Source: Eledone cirrhosa
Taxonomy: Eukaryota
Direction of reading: 5' to 3'
DNA length: 64,000 bases
Assembly (NCBI GenBank): GCA_964016885.1
Contig: OZ024755.1
Span: forward strand, 4,402,001 to 4,466,000
Shown: positions 40,167 to 53,816 of the stretch, one piece after another
Numbering within the stretch: the stretch's first letter is position 1
Layout: every line of letters starts with the position of its first letter
Translations under genes and position numbers: made by a program
Notes under the pieces: generated by a model
Told to the model about the DNA's origin: nothing
Seen by the model: only the letters and a program-made list of their open reading frames with translations
Database searches by the model: none

Positions 40167-40726
40167 CCGTATATACTCGAATATAAGCCGAGGAATATGT
40201 GACCAAAAAAATCGATGATAGAAGGGTCGGCTTATGTACAAACTTCATTTGCTTATTAACAATTGTTTCAAGCGTGAAGTATAAACACATTTTAAATATT
40301 CTTCTGTACACAGAAGAAGAAAAAAAAACATGAGAGAATGTTTTTATGCATTTCAGACAGCAAAGGCTTTTAATACTAAAAAATAACTACACTGCTTCTA
40401 TGAGTCTGTGTCCGTGAGACATACACACCAGGTCCGAATACAAAGAAACCAAACTCCCACTGTCAGTCTCCGTCTATCCCCATTTCTCACTATTATGAAT
40501 AAATGGGGTCCATGCTTTGGCCGCTCCGCGGTCCAGGCGGACAGAATAGAGAATGTGTTTCCCCAGATGGCGAAGGAGACACGCTGGAAGAGCCATTTCA
40601 TCTCGCTTATATTCGAGGCCAATATTTTGACGATTTTCAGCAATATTCTACGTGAATAAGATTTGGAATTTTACCCATTTCTTAGACATAAAATAGTGGG
40701 GTTGGCTAATATTCCAGTATACATGG
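40167..40726. mobile_element. Tc2/pogo-like non-autonomous DNA transposon; a related terminus ends at 5262
   Basis: TA|CCGTATATACTCGAATATAAGCCGA at the left, and a degenerate inverse ttggctaatattccagtatacatgg at the right. Confidence 0.65.
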
Positions 40727-40805
40727 TCTTTCTTTTAGTGTGAAACTGTATGTGTGTAACCAAGTGCGTTTGTGAGTGTGTATTTAAGTTACCATTCGTC
40801 TTATG

Positions 40806-41717
40806 TTACTGTGAAACGGATTTTTTTCCCGTGTGAATTCTTTTATGTTTTGTTAAGTTACTATTATCAACGAAACATTTCCCACATATTTCACAATGAT
40901 AAGGTTTTTCTCCAGTGTGACTACGTATGTGAATTGTAAGCTTAGAATTCTCAATGAAAGATTTGCCACATATTTCACAACGATAGGGTTTCTCTCCAGT
41001 ATGTATTCTTTTATGCCTTCTTAAATCACTATTATTAACAAAAGATTTCCCACATATCTCGCAGTGGAACTGTTTCTCTCCAGAATGTATTCTTATGTGT
41101 TTTATTAAATTACTGTTATCACCGAAAGATTTACCACATATTTCACAATGATAAGGTTTTTCTCCAGTATGTATTCTTTTATGTCTGTCTAAATCACTGT
41201 TATTTACAAAAGATTTCCCACATATTTGACAATAGTAGCGCCTTTCTCCGGTGTGTATTTGATTATGTCTTGCTAAATTACTGTTGTTGACAAAAGATTT
41301 TCCACAAATTTCACAATGATACGATTTTTCCCCTGTGTGGTTTCGTATGTGAACAACAAGATTCGAATTCTTGAAGAAAGATTTTCCACATATTTCACAA
41401 TGAAACTGTTTTTCTCCAATGTGTATTGTTTTGTGCCTTATTAAATTACTTTTATAGGCAAATGACTTTCCACATATTTGACATTTATAGCGTTTTATCC
41501 TCTTGTGTATTTCTTTGTGCACGAAGACTTCATTTTCTGAAGAGAATGTTTTCCTACAAATCTCATAGCTATATTCAGGAATATGCCTCTGTACTGATTT
41601 TTGTTTAGTAAACGTTTCATTAGGTAAAGGTTTCTCGCCACAGTATGTCTGAGTATCAGAATCCGTACTGTTTGATACAGTTGTGTTAGAAGTTTTTAAA
41701 TGATTAACATCATCCAT
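40806..41717 (-). CDS. C2H2 zinc-finger protein of a different subfamily (HCEICGKSF type), 8 intact fingers plus 1 degenerate
   Basis: ORF 40806-41747. The first ATG is at 41717 (MDDVNHL), just downstream of an acceptor at 41755/41754; candidate upstream donor at 42187. Confidence 0.9.
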   Translation of the reverse strand: MDDVNHLKTSNTTVSNSTDSDTQTYCGEKPLPNETFTKQKSVQRHIPEYSYEICRKTFSSENEVFVHKEIHKRIKRYKCQICGKSFAYKSNLIRHKTIHIGEKQFHCEICGKSFFKNSNLVVHIRNHTGEKSYHCEICGKSFVNNSNLARHNQIHTGERRYYCQICGKSFVNNSDLDRHKRIHTGEKPYHCEICGKSFGDNSNLIKHIRIHSGEKQFHCEICGKSFVNNSDLRRHKRIHTGEKPYRCEICGKSFIENSKLTIHIRSHTGEKPYHCEICGKCFVDNSNLTKHKRIHTGKKSVSQ

Positions 41718-44216
41718 ATTAATTCTTGAGTAGTTCTGAAATTCCAAGAAATATCTGTGAGTACAATCTATTACGGTTTCATTTCCTGTCTTAGATATTA
41801 CAGAAACCTATTTACATGACATTAGAGGAAGTTATTAAGATTAGTGGGCGGTGTCGTTGACAAATTCTCCTCTTCGTTAAAAATAAAACCGGTGTCATAG
41901 GTTAAATGTCCCCTATATAAAATTTAACAGAAATACACAATAATATCACAACCCCGGAAAAGTTCATAGGTTGACTATGAAGGAGTGATGCTAGAGCTAT
42001 GAAATCGTGCATGCATTAATTTCAATCCTTCTTATTCATAACTGCATTGCTTTTTATCCAGGGACTATGTTGAAAAATAAACCTCATTTGGTCATTCCAT
42101 GAGAGTATCTTAATCAGCCTATGAACTTTTCAGCTGACTCTCGTATATTTAATTAGAGTAGAGTGTAATACGGTGGTACTTACTTACAGCCAGATGTTAA
42201 CAGTTAATGACTTTGGTGATAGACAAGGGCAGTGAACCATACCACATTGTCGTACTTAGAGCTAGGTAGATTGGTATGTTAACAATGAAGTGTGTGTGGC
42301 GCTGGTGGTAAGGACACGATACAAGGCCAGTGATACGATATAATGTACTCCTTATGGTTGGTTGTTTAATAACTGATTTATTTCCAGGAAAAAAATACTC
42401 CCACCCGCCACAACTAAAACACGAAAGACACTTCAAGATCGAGAAAAATATATTAGGGGAAATAACTCTTCTTAGTCTTCTTTAGCTACAGATTTAAAAT
42501 ATAATTGTTTCTACTTTTGACACAGGGCCAGCAATTATCTCAGTGCATTACTGGTACTTTATTTTATCGACCCCGTAAGGATGAAAGGGAAAGTTAACCT
42601 CGGCGGTATTTGAACTCAGATATAATATTAGCTGTGTGGTAAAGATACTTGGCGCACATTCTCGTGGTTTCAAGTACAGACTTACTACGTAGCACCTTGG
42701 GATAGGGTGGGGTTGCTAAATGTCTTCTAATATAACCTTGAGTTGATCAATACCTTGTGACTAGGGGCTAAATGTACGGTCCTTTACGGTCTGAGTTCAA
42801 ATCCCGCTGAGGTTAACTTTGCCTTTCATTCTTACGGGGTCGATAAAATAAAGTACCAGTAACATACTGTGTCGATTTAATCGATTTTCCCCTCCTCCAA
42901 AATGACTGGCCTTGTGCCTATACTAGAAATCATTATAACCTTAAGAAGAAGATGAAGATTATATTTTACAATTATTACAGAATTTTATTTCGAAAATTTT
43001 GAAATATTGTCATCTAAAACTCTGTTACCGGACGTTTCAAAAAATAGCTGGCTATCAATGGCTGTTTAGCGACATTATCACGTAGGGCCTCTATCTTGGG
43101 ATAGTCTTTAAGTAAGTCCCCGTTTTTATTGACTGGAGACTCCAGGTTGACAAAGCAGGCAATATCGGCGAGGGAAAGCTGTGTAAAATACAAGAAACTA
43201 TTTAGTAAATAGTAAAAAATTAAAGTTGAATCAATAACAGCAAAAATAACACAAAAGTAAATTATTATGATAAAGTATTTGAATAAAAAAATTGAGGAAG
43301 AAGAAAAAGTAAAAAAATGAAAGCTTCCTGAAACCACCACTAGTCCCTTTAAGTGTGTTTTAAACATCATCTTGATAATGAAAAAGTTAGTTATTTTACA
43401 AAACTTACAAAAACATACACACACATACATATATATGTATGCATACATACACATATATATATATATACATACATATCTATATATACATACATATCTATAT
43501 ATACATACATACATATCTATATACACACACACATACATACGTACATCCATGCATACACACATACATACATAGATACAATTTTATATATTAAGTGCTACAC
43601 ACTTACAGTTTTTTCCAACAAAATGAAGCTGATCAGGAACCAGTTTACTTTCCAGATATTCAAAAACCCTTAAAGAAATATTCTTGTATTTAGTTTTCAT
43701 CTGTTCCTGAAAATTTCAAAGACAAATAGAAACCAAATTCAATTTTATTAACAGAAACACCGTTTCTCAGAAGCTTTTCTTTTAGCTTTTGTGAGATTCA
43801 CACACACACACACACACACACAAATAGAGACATACATAGATACATACACATAAACACACACATAGAGAGACATACATAGATACATACACACACACACATA
43901 GAGAGATATACATAGATACATACACACAACAAACACACACACACATATAGAGACATACATAGATACATACATATAAACACACACATAGAGACAGACATAG
44001 ATACATACACACAACAAACATACACACACACACACACATATATATAGGAAAAGAGTCAGGACCCCGATGGCTGAGCTCCAGACGTTTCGACAACTAGATC
44101 TGCCGGAGCTCAGCCGTCAGGGTCCTGACTCTTTTCCTATTGCCCACTCTACTACCCTAAGTATTGAGTACTCTGGTGTGTTATGGTCCACCTGGTTCCT
44201 TACCACATTTCCTTCG

Positions 44217-44253
<37 letters not shown>

Positions 44254-44442
44254 GAGGTTATATTTAATTTGTTGGGATACAACAAGCAAAATATTTTTAT
44301 AACTGATATAAAGCACTCAACAAATTATTGGAGTAAATATACAATATATTAATAATATATTAACCAGGAGATTCTAACCAGAATGGTTGCATTTTTTCAG
44401 GGTATGTCAATATTTATTTATAAAACTAACCTATATTATATT

Positions 44443-44497
44443 TTATCTGATGAAAGTGCACCATAGTTTGCCTTGGTGGCCCTTGAAATATGTATAA
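44443..44497 (+). ncRNA. Hammerhead-like motif, imperfect
   Basis: ttat-CTGATGA-aag.gcacca...tggtggc.ctt-GAAA-tatgtataa. Core intact; the stem I/III register is ambiguous. Confidence 0.45.
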
Positions 44498-44542
44498 TGA
44501 AATAAATATGGTTTTATAAATATAGTTTCCATTTGTTAATAT

Positions 44543-44584
<42 letters not shown>

Positions 44585-44770
44585 AACCAGTAAGACCCCC
44601 GACAGCTGAGCTCAAGCCGTTTCGACGGCTAATTTGCCAGAATTAGCCGTCGAAACGGCTTGAGCTCAGCTGTCGGGGTCTTACTGGTTCCTATTACCCA
44701 CTCTACTACCCTAAGTATTGAGTACTTTGGTGCGTTATGGTCCACCTGGTTCCTTACCACATTTCCTTCG

Positions 44771-44820
<50 letters not shown>

Positions 44821-44826
44821 GTATAT

Positions 44827-44867
<41 letters not shown>

Positions 44868-44946
44868 TTTATCCCGGGTTCAATCAGGGGTAATCACAGT
44901 AAGTAAGGTACTCAATACATAGCAGAGTGTATATATATGTGTATAT

Positions 44947-44979
<33 letters not shown>

Positions 44980-44980
44980 C

Positions 44981-45011
<31 letters not shown>

Positions 45012-45046
45012 CATATACATACATACCTATATATATATATATACAT

Positions 45047-45077
<31 letters not shown>

Positions 45078-45232
45078 CATATACATACATACCTACATAT
45101 ATATATATATATATATACATATACATACATACCTACATATATATATATATACATATACATACATACCTACATATATATATATATATATATACATATACAT
45201 ACATACCTACATATATATATATATATATACAT

Positions 45233-45277
<45 letters not shown>

Positions 45278-45307
45278 CATACATACATATGTGTGTATGT
45301 ATGTATG

Positions 45308-45350
<43 letters not shown>

Positions 45351-45361
45351 ATGTATGTATG

Positions 45362-45399
<38 letters not shown>

Positions 45400-45405
45400 T
45401 GTATG

Positions 45406-45443
<38 letters not shown>

Positions 45444-45448
45444 CATAC

Positions 45449-45481
<33 letters not shown>

Positions 45482-46365
45482 CATATACATACATACACAC
45501 ACATATACATATATATAAATACACATACACACACATATAAAGTACACATGACATACTTAAGATAAGGTAATAGAATGAAATAAAAGGATTAGAATCCAAG
45601 ACAAGTAGCCCCCTTAAAAAGGGGACCATGTAAACTGACTCACCTCTCGTCTGACCTGATTACTTGGTATGACCTGTTGGTGACCCACCTAGGCCAGGTT
45701 GTCTTGGAGGGTCATCACTGGTTTAGGTCATTAGCTGTGAACTATGAAAAGGTTAATTGAATAAATGGTATATAGTAAGAATCTTACCTTCACAACTTCT
45801 TCGGCGAATTTTATGTTAGCAAGAGCGTTTAAAATATCCAAGAGACAATCAACAATCTCATCTATCATTAAGTTCTCAACATGATCGTTGCCACAGAAAC
45901 CGGGAACCCCCCCCTCCAAATGTATGAAATAAGAATATGTATATACCAGGATAGTGAAGGCATGTGGCTGAGTAGTTAGAGAATTGGATTTGCAATCATG
46001 AGGTTGTGAGTTTGATTCCTGGACTGATGCCCTATCAATTGCGCCAATTCAAAACCCTGGACAGATACTATATTTAGTATCTTGAAGTTGAATTCAGCGG
46101 GATTTAACCTCAAAGTGTAGAGAGCTGGAACAAACACTACAAGGCATTTCATCGGACATTCTATTGACAATTGACATAAATCCTGCCTAGATAACGGGTG
46201 ATTGCCATGCTCTGGCTGTATGTGTTTTTATCATCAATGACGAGTAGGGGAAGGGTTTTCCCAGGTGTATCTGTAGATAAAAAATAAACAGTAAAAGGAA
46301 AGGAGTTGATCGTCAGAATAGATTAAGGAATACACTACATATACATTAATTAGTATACTCTGAGG

Positions 46366-46660
46366 ATGAAGAACTCAGAGCTGTACGGGAGCCTCCCAAA
46401 TGTCAGCTCAAAAGTGACACAGAGGAGATTGAGGTTAGCTGGACATGCTCACCGTCATCCAGAGTTGACACTGCACTCAGTGCTCCTGTGGGAGCCCCTG
46501 CATGGACACACTGGAAGAGGAAGACTGAAGTTAACATATGTTGATGCCCTAAGGACAGACACTGGTCTGTTGGAAACGCAGGACATGGCAGCGATAATGA
46601 GGGACAGAGACCGCTAGAGAGAACTCGTCCATGGATCTCAGGAATTTTACCCGCCCTAGA
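46366..46660 (+). mobile_element. RTE-type LINE 3' end; close copy on - at 49994-50270
   Basis: RRLRLAGHAHRHPE...LLWEP...GRGR..TYVDAL...DRD motif present in both copies. Confidence 0.8.
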
Positions 46661-46988
46661 TAGATATATGCACTATATATATATATATATATATATATAA
46701 ATTTTAGTACAACATTAACGAAGCTTTAGTTCGCGGCCAAGCTAACGAATGCAAATTCGGTCTGTAGCTTTAGCACTTGGATGGGGAAAAGTACCCCAGA
46801 GTAATAACAATATATATATATACTATATACACACTATATATACACAATATATACACTATATATGTACTTTATATACACCATATATACACACTATATATAC
46901 ACCATTTAGTATACACTATATACACACCACATATACACAATATATACACTATATATATACTTTATATACACCATATATACACTATATA

Positions 46989-47200
46989 CAGGGGTTGGAC
47001 ACAATAATGAAAACACCTAGCATCATAGCATCATAATTTTGAAATATCTATAAAACCATCAAAAGCTTGTTTATTTTTATTTGTCTCGAGGTGGTCTGCA
47101 GTAATTTTGGGAGCTGTACCTTTGTGATCCTTTAGTGAAATCATATGATATGATTCCAGTTCCTCAGTGAAATAATAACCCAACCAGGAACTGGGCATAT
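46989..47200 (+). mobile_element. Tc1-like transposon terminal fragment
   Basis: TA|CAGGGGTTGGACACAATAATGAAAACACC resembles Tc1-family TIRs; the second end was not found. Confidence 0.5.
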
Positions 47201-47264
47201 CAGAGTATTGACAAAGTTAAACACTTCAACAACATGTGTACTCGTCTCTACCACACTAACTCGG

Positions 47265-47319
47265 ACTGCCTGAAGAGGTCACAGCCAAAGATGGCTGTCA
47301 CCGAAATATATATAGCAGT
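47265..47319 (+). ncRNA. Canonical type I hammerhead ribozyme
   Basis: actgc-CTGAAGA-ggt.acagcca(aaga)tggctgt.acc-GAAA-tatata-TA-gcagt: perfect 5-bp stem I, 10-bp stem II, palindromic stem III; predicted cleavage after A47314. Confidence 0.85.
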
Positions 47320-48366
47320 AATAAACGAAGCCAAATTTTAAACATTTGACTTATTTATTTTATTTTTTATATATATATATATATATATATACACACTGGT
47401 GTGGTGGTGGAGTGGGGTGGTAGTGTGGTAAGTCTATAAACATTTAAAAACATTTGTACATGTTTGACAAGTCACTTAATGTGAGACTTGTGTGTTGAGG
47501 CTGAGACAGTTCAGTGCCCCACCCACATAACTTTCTTTCTACATAGCCTTCTCAATAATCTATATATCCTGCCTCAATAATCAATATATCCTGCCTCAGT
47601 AATCTATTGATCCCGTCTTTTGCTGGTCCTGTTTCCTGCCATAATGAACCTACAGGGAAACTGCTTCTCTGGTCATCAGATGCAAAGCAGTGAGTAAGAC
47701 GTTGCAACACAACCATCAGAATTCTGTTGGTAAGGGTCACTGGCCTCACTGGACAGGATCTTCTTGATGTGATGAGAAATTAGGAAGTCTGGAACGAGAA
47801 CTTTGTACATGCTGCCCCTTTGATGGAAGGGTTACCCAAGATCTCCCAGTCAGACGGGGAGAGTTGACAGGTCTGTCTTGCAATCATGAGACTCCCAGTT
47901 CAATCTTATTGTGTAGCATCTTGGGGCAAATGTCGTTTACCATAGCTTTGTGTCGGGGAGAGTTGACAGGTCTGATAATAGTAGATATATTCGCTATACT
48001 TACGTTCCTTGTGTGTCTGCCAGGCTGCTGAATCAAATCTAGTATCTTTAAAATTCTGACCAGCGGCCGCGAAAGTCACCCGGATCAATTCTGCTCGTCC
48101 TTTTATATCAAAGTACTTCACTTCGTATTTGTCAGTCATGATTCAGAAATTATTTGCAAATATATTAAGTCAAACTTTTTTAGCTTTAAATGTCTGCTTG
48201 CTCCTTTCAAAAGCCAAATACTTGAATTAAACTTTACTGGTCTACAAGTACACGCCGTGTGCAGACATACAATACAGATATATGGGTATATCTGAGTGTT
48301 TGTAATTTGATATATGTATGTATGTATGTATATATATAAATATACACATAAAAATGTATACACACA

Positions 48367-48406
<40 letters not shown>

Positions 48407-49385
48407 CATACACACACACACATAATATCTGTATATATATATATATATATATACACACACGCAAAATATATATATATTTATATATATTGTTCATTCGTTC
48501 CACGTATTTAGTCGTTTCTTATGCACAACTCTGTTAAATACACATACATACACACACACACATCATCATCATCGTTTAACGTCCATTTTCCACCCACGCT
48601 AGCATGGGTTGTGTGTGTGTGTGGGGGGGGGGGGGTATGTTGTTACACAAGATTTGTGCTGACTAACTTTATAACGGGTTTGTTTTTTTTATGAACATTT
48701 CCAACAATGGCTTACAAAAATATTTATATAAGCAGACCAAGTTATTCTCATGGAATGACCAAGTGGAAAGAAAGATTGCAGTTATTAATATGAAGAGTTG
48801 AAATTAATGTATGCAAGATTTCACAGCTCTAGCATGACTACATCATAGCCAGTCTATGAACTTTTCAGCCCATCCTTGTATGCCTCTTTATAACAGGCAC
48901 TCAACAAATAATATAAACTGATTATTTCAAGAGAGTTGTTTATTATTTAGTTTTGTCTAAGGGCGGTATCGGTAGAGGGTCGGACACCATGCCTTGCAAT
49001 AGAGTTACGGCCCTTTATGATCCGAGTTCAAATCTCGCTGAGGTTAACTTTGCCTTTCATCCTTACGGGGTTGATAAAAGAAAGTACCAGTAATTCACTG
49101 GGGTAATTGCTGGCCTTGTGCCAAAAGTAGAAACAATTATTTTGACAACCATGAATTCAAATTCCCGTTTAGGTTAGTTTTGTCTTTCATCCTTATGAGG
49201 TCGATAAAATAAAGTACCAGTAATGTGCTGGGGTCAATTTAATTGACTGTCATGCAAATATTTTTCTATGGGCGGATATTTCTTAAAACTAAGGCATACA
49301 CACACACACACTTGATGCTTATATACACACATACTTCATGCATATACACACTTGATGCAGACAGACAATTGACACATACTCTTCA

Positions 49386-49421
<36 letters not shown>

Positions 49422-49577
49422 CACACACACTTGGCGCATATACATTCTTCATGTATATACACAAACTTGACACATACATCCATGATGAATGTACACAAAC
49501 TTGATACATATACACCCTTGATGTATGTACATACACTAATTTGAGTCGTATACATCCTTGATGCATATACATAAACA

Positions 49578-49615
<38 letters not shown>

Positions 49616-50429
49616 CTTTTATGTATACACACCCTGTATGCATATATACACATTTCATTTGATACATACAGGCTCTCTTTAACTGACTTTATTTATGTCT
49701 GAGGCTGCTTCAACATCCAATACTTAAAGGATCTTAAGATAAATTGAATGTTGATATAACTACAGTTTTCTTATTACGAAAAAAAAAAAAAAAAAAAAAA
49801 AAAAGGAAAAAGTCTAGTTACATTGACATTAAATTTATCTGAAAATCAAATATATACTGTCTGTATATATATAAGTATATTATATATTACAGCTCTAAAA
49901 AGCCTTATCCATTTACTACACCCACAGCACTCAGCCTGATATTGTTTCATAGTATAACCCGAATTTGGGGTGTCTGCCATCATATATACATGTTTAGGGC
50001 GGGTAAAATTCCTGAGATCCATGGGCGAATTCTCTCCAGCAGTCTCTGTCCCTTATTATTGCTGCCATGTCCTGCGTCTCCAAGAGACCAGTGTCTGTCT
50101 TTAGGGCATCAACATACGTTAACCTCGGTCTTCCTCTTCCAGTGTGTCCATGCAGGGGCTCCCACAGCAGCACTAAGTGCAATGTCAACTCTGGATGTCG
50201 GTGAGCATGTCCAGCTAACCTCAGCTGTACGGTAACCTCCCAAAAGTCAGCTCCAGAGTATCACAGAGGATATATATATATATATGTATATATAAAATTG
50301 GTGTTAGGAAGGGCATCCAGCTGTAGAAAGCAAGCAATTCTGTGTGAGAATCTGGCCTGACTTGCTTTAAATGAGACAACCCATGTAACTCAGGCTAGCA
50401 AGGAAAAATGGATGTTAAATGGTGAGATA

Positions 50430-50491
<62 letters not shown>

Positions 50492-50567
50492 TGATACAAG
50501 AATGACATAACAGAACTTGAAATAATTTCATATGTATTTTATTTCAAATATTTTCAAATATTTTCGT

Positions 50568-53500
50568 TTAAAAGTCAGTTACAGGGCGTTTCTCTAGATA
50601 TGCAGCAGCTTTCGGCAGTTTGGCAACATGTTCACGAACAGCAGCTAACTTTGGGAACTTTTTCAGTAAATCTGCGTCTCCAGTGAGTGGGGATTCCAAA
50701 AAGACGAAGCAGGCAATATCAGCAAGGGAAACCTGTGTAATGAAATATAGGGAATTATAGGGGAATTATATAGGGAAATATATAGGGAAATGTATAAGGA
50801 ATTATAGGGAAATGTATAAGGAATTATAGGGAAATGTATAAGGAATTATAGGGAAATATATAGGGAATTATAGGGAAATGTATAAGGAATTATAGGGAAA
50901 TATATAGGGAAAAACAAACACAAACAAGAGTTAAAACACTTTCATAAAAGAAATGGTTTCTAGTATAGGCACAAGGCCAGATTTTGGGGAAGGGGAAAGT
51001 CGATTAAATCGACCCCAGTAAATTACTGGTACTTTATTTTATCGACCCCGTAAGGATGAAAGGCAAAGTTAACCTCGGTGGGATTTGAACTCAGAACACA
51101 AACAGCCGTAACTATGCTGCAAAGCATTCTGTCCGACCCTCTACCGATACTGCCAATCCACCAACCTAGCATGGTGTCCGACCCTCTACCGATACTGCCA
51201 ATCCACCACCCTAGCATGGTGTCCAACCCTCTACCGATACTGCCAATCCACCACCCTAGCATGGTGTCCGACCCTCTACCGATACTGCCAATCCACCACC
51301 CTAGCATGGTGTCCGACCCTCTACCGATACTGCCAATCCACTACGGAAGGATGGAAAGAAAGAAAACAGCAAAATGTGTGTACTTTATTTTATCGACCTC
51401 GTAAGGATGAAAGGCAAAGTTAACCTCTGTGGATTTGAACTCAGAACACAAAGGGCCATAACTATGCTGCAAAGCTTGGTGTCCGACGCTCTACCGATAC
51501 TGCCAAACAGAGATAGGACACAGCACACTGATACACACACTTGATTAGACTTAATAAAGACTAAATTGTATGACTTACTTTGTCTCCAACAAAGTGATGA
51601 GAACTACATCCCTGCAGCTTTGATTCTAGATATTCAAATATTCTGGCACAGGTCTTTTTGTAATTGTTTGTAAGATCCTCCTAAAAAATGATAAATTTAT
51701 ATTTACACATAATGCCAGCATAGAAAGTGGTTGTCAAATGATGATATATACACACACACATTATATATATATATATATAATGTGTGTGTGTGTGATGTAT
51801 GGAAGGATTAAGGGAGTATATGTGGAGTATGGAAGGATCAAAGTTGTATATGTGATGTATGGAAGGATCAAGAGAGTATATGTGATGTATGGAAGTATTT
51901 AAGGTCTATATGTGATGTATGGAAGTATTTAAGGTCTATATGTGATATATGGAAGGATCAAAGGCCTATATGTGATATATGGAAGGATCAAAGGCCTATA
52001 TGTGGTGTATGAAAGTATTTAAGGTCATTATGTGATGTATAGAAGTATCAAAGGTCATTATGTGATATATGGAAGGATCAAAGGCCTATATGTGGTGTAT
52101 GGAAGTATCTAAAGTCTATATGGAATGTATGGAAGTATCAAAGGTCATTATGTGATGTATGGAAGGATCAAAGTTGTATATGTGGTGTATGGAAGTATCT
52201 AAAGTCTATATGGAATGTATGGAAGTATCAAAGGTCATTATGTGATGTATGGAAGGATCAAAGTTGTATATGTGGTGTATGGAAGGATCAAAAGAGCAAG
52301 AACATACCTTCATTTCATCTTTAGCAAATTTCACTTTAACGATATCATTAAAAACATCCAAAAGGCAATCAATAACCTCATCTATTACGAAAGCCTGAGC
52401 CTCACATTTACCGTATAATTCTGGTGAAATAAAAATAAAATAAAACAAAACAAAAATATGAATTGAGGAATAAACTGAGTAAATTTTGGAAGTCAAATGG
52501 TTGTAAATTCTATCATGTACTCAATCTTCACCAATTTACACTAGTATTCTACTAATAATTACTATACCAGTCTCCAGAGCAACTAAGGACCTGGGATTGG
52601 GGAATACATAGGATCCCCAGTAGCTGGGGGAGGTGCATGGCATAGTGGTAAAGGTGTTGAACTTACAATCAATGTCTTGGGTTCCATTCATTGGACAGGG
52701 TTATGTGTTGTGTTCTTGAAGAAAACACTTCATTTCATGTTGCTTCAGTATACTCAGCTCAACACGGGTACCAGCAATAGCTGGGAGTTTAACCCTGCGA
52801 CGGACTGGCATCCTGTCCAGGGCGGAGACTTGTACTCTCAATCACTTAATGCCATGGAAACTGAGATAAGCACTGGTCTGATGAGCTTCCGGGCTCATGG
52901 CAGACCTTAGAGTAGCATGAGTTTGCAAGGAACTTAATGAAATTGAAAAGTACATGAATGTAGGCCTACACCTAACATGATGCTGAGATTCCAGTATCGA
53001 TCCATGTTGACTACTACATATTGACCTCGACATGTTGACTACCACATGTTGACCTCTAAAAACTATATATCAGGTTTTCTTTAAAAAATGTATACACACT
53101 TTGATTACTTTGCTGTTGAAGTATATATACATTTTTGTGGACACTGTATATGATATACAAACTATATATATGATATAGTTTGACCAGTCTGACCTCTGAA
53201 ACAGCAGAGACACCATGACAGCTATATATATATAGGAAAAGATTCAGCCACCCCACCCACCGACATGAAAGATTTAAATGTGTTTACAAGAAACTTCGAC
53301 CAATCTTTTTGAAATACCTGATTATCGCATGCCTATATATGGAATTACTCCTTGAAAAGCTCGGCTATTTCATTACCACACTAAAAATTTAATTTAGTAC
53401 AGAAATAGCCGTCAAAACGGCTTGAGCTCTGCCGTCGGGGTCCTGAACCATTTCCATTACCCATTCTACTACCCTAAATACCGAGTACTCTGGTGCTTTG

Positions 53501-53754
53501 TGGTCCACCTGGTTCCTTACCACACTTCCTTCATTACATTATATATATATAGGTACGTTATTCCGGGTTGAATCGGAGGTAACCACAGTAAGTAAGGTAC
53601 TCAATACATAGAGTATAAAAGTTTTAATATAGATGAGATTCTACAGGACTAGAACTATTTCATTCTTTAGAAATCATCAGGAATCTGTGCCAGATTCCTG
53701 ATGATTTCTAAAGAATGAAACAGTTCTAGTCCTGTAGAATCTCATCTATATTAA

Positions 53755-53816
<62 letters not shown>

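Larger units (their letters stand above)
43014..48139 (-). pseudogene. Sigma-class glutathione S-transferase paralog, apparently disrupted. Exons 48139-48004, 46270-46175, 45900-45788, 43706-43607, 43178-43014
   Basis: All five exons align to the intact paralog (YFDIKGRAELIR, YSQSMAITRYL, IDEIVDCLLD, LSLADIACF, RPVTEF*). However, exon 2 has no phase-1 GT donor, the exon-3 acceptor reads CG, and exon 4 is 100 nt (+1 in an A6 run). Assembly error is not excluded. Confidence 0.7.

Noticed and set aside
53255-53320. Possible GIY-YIG C-terminal remnant (E...YKKLRPIF) upstream of a foldback tail
   Set aside because: Too short and weak to call without a search.
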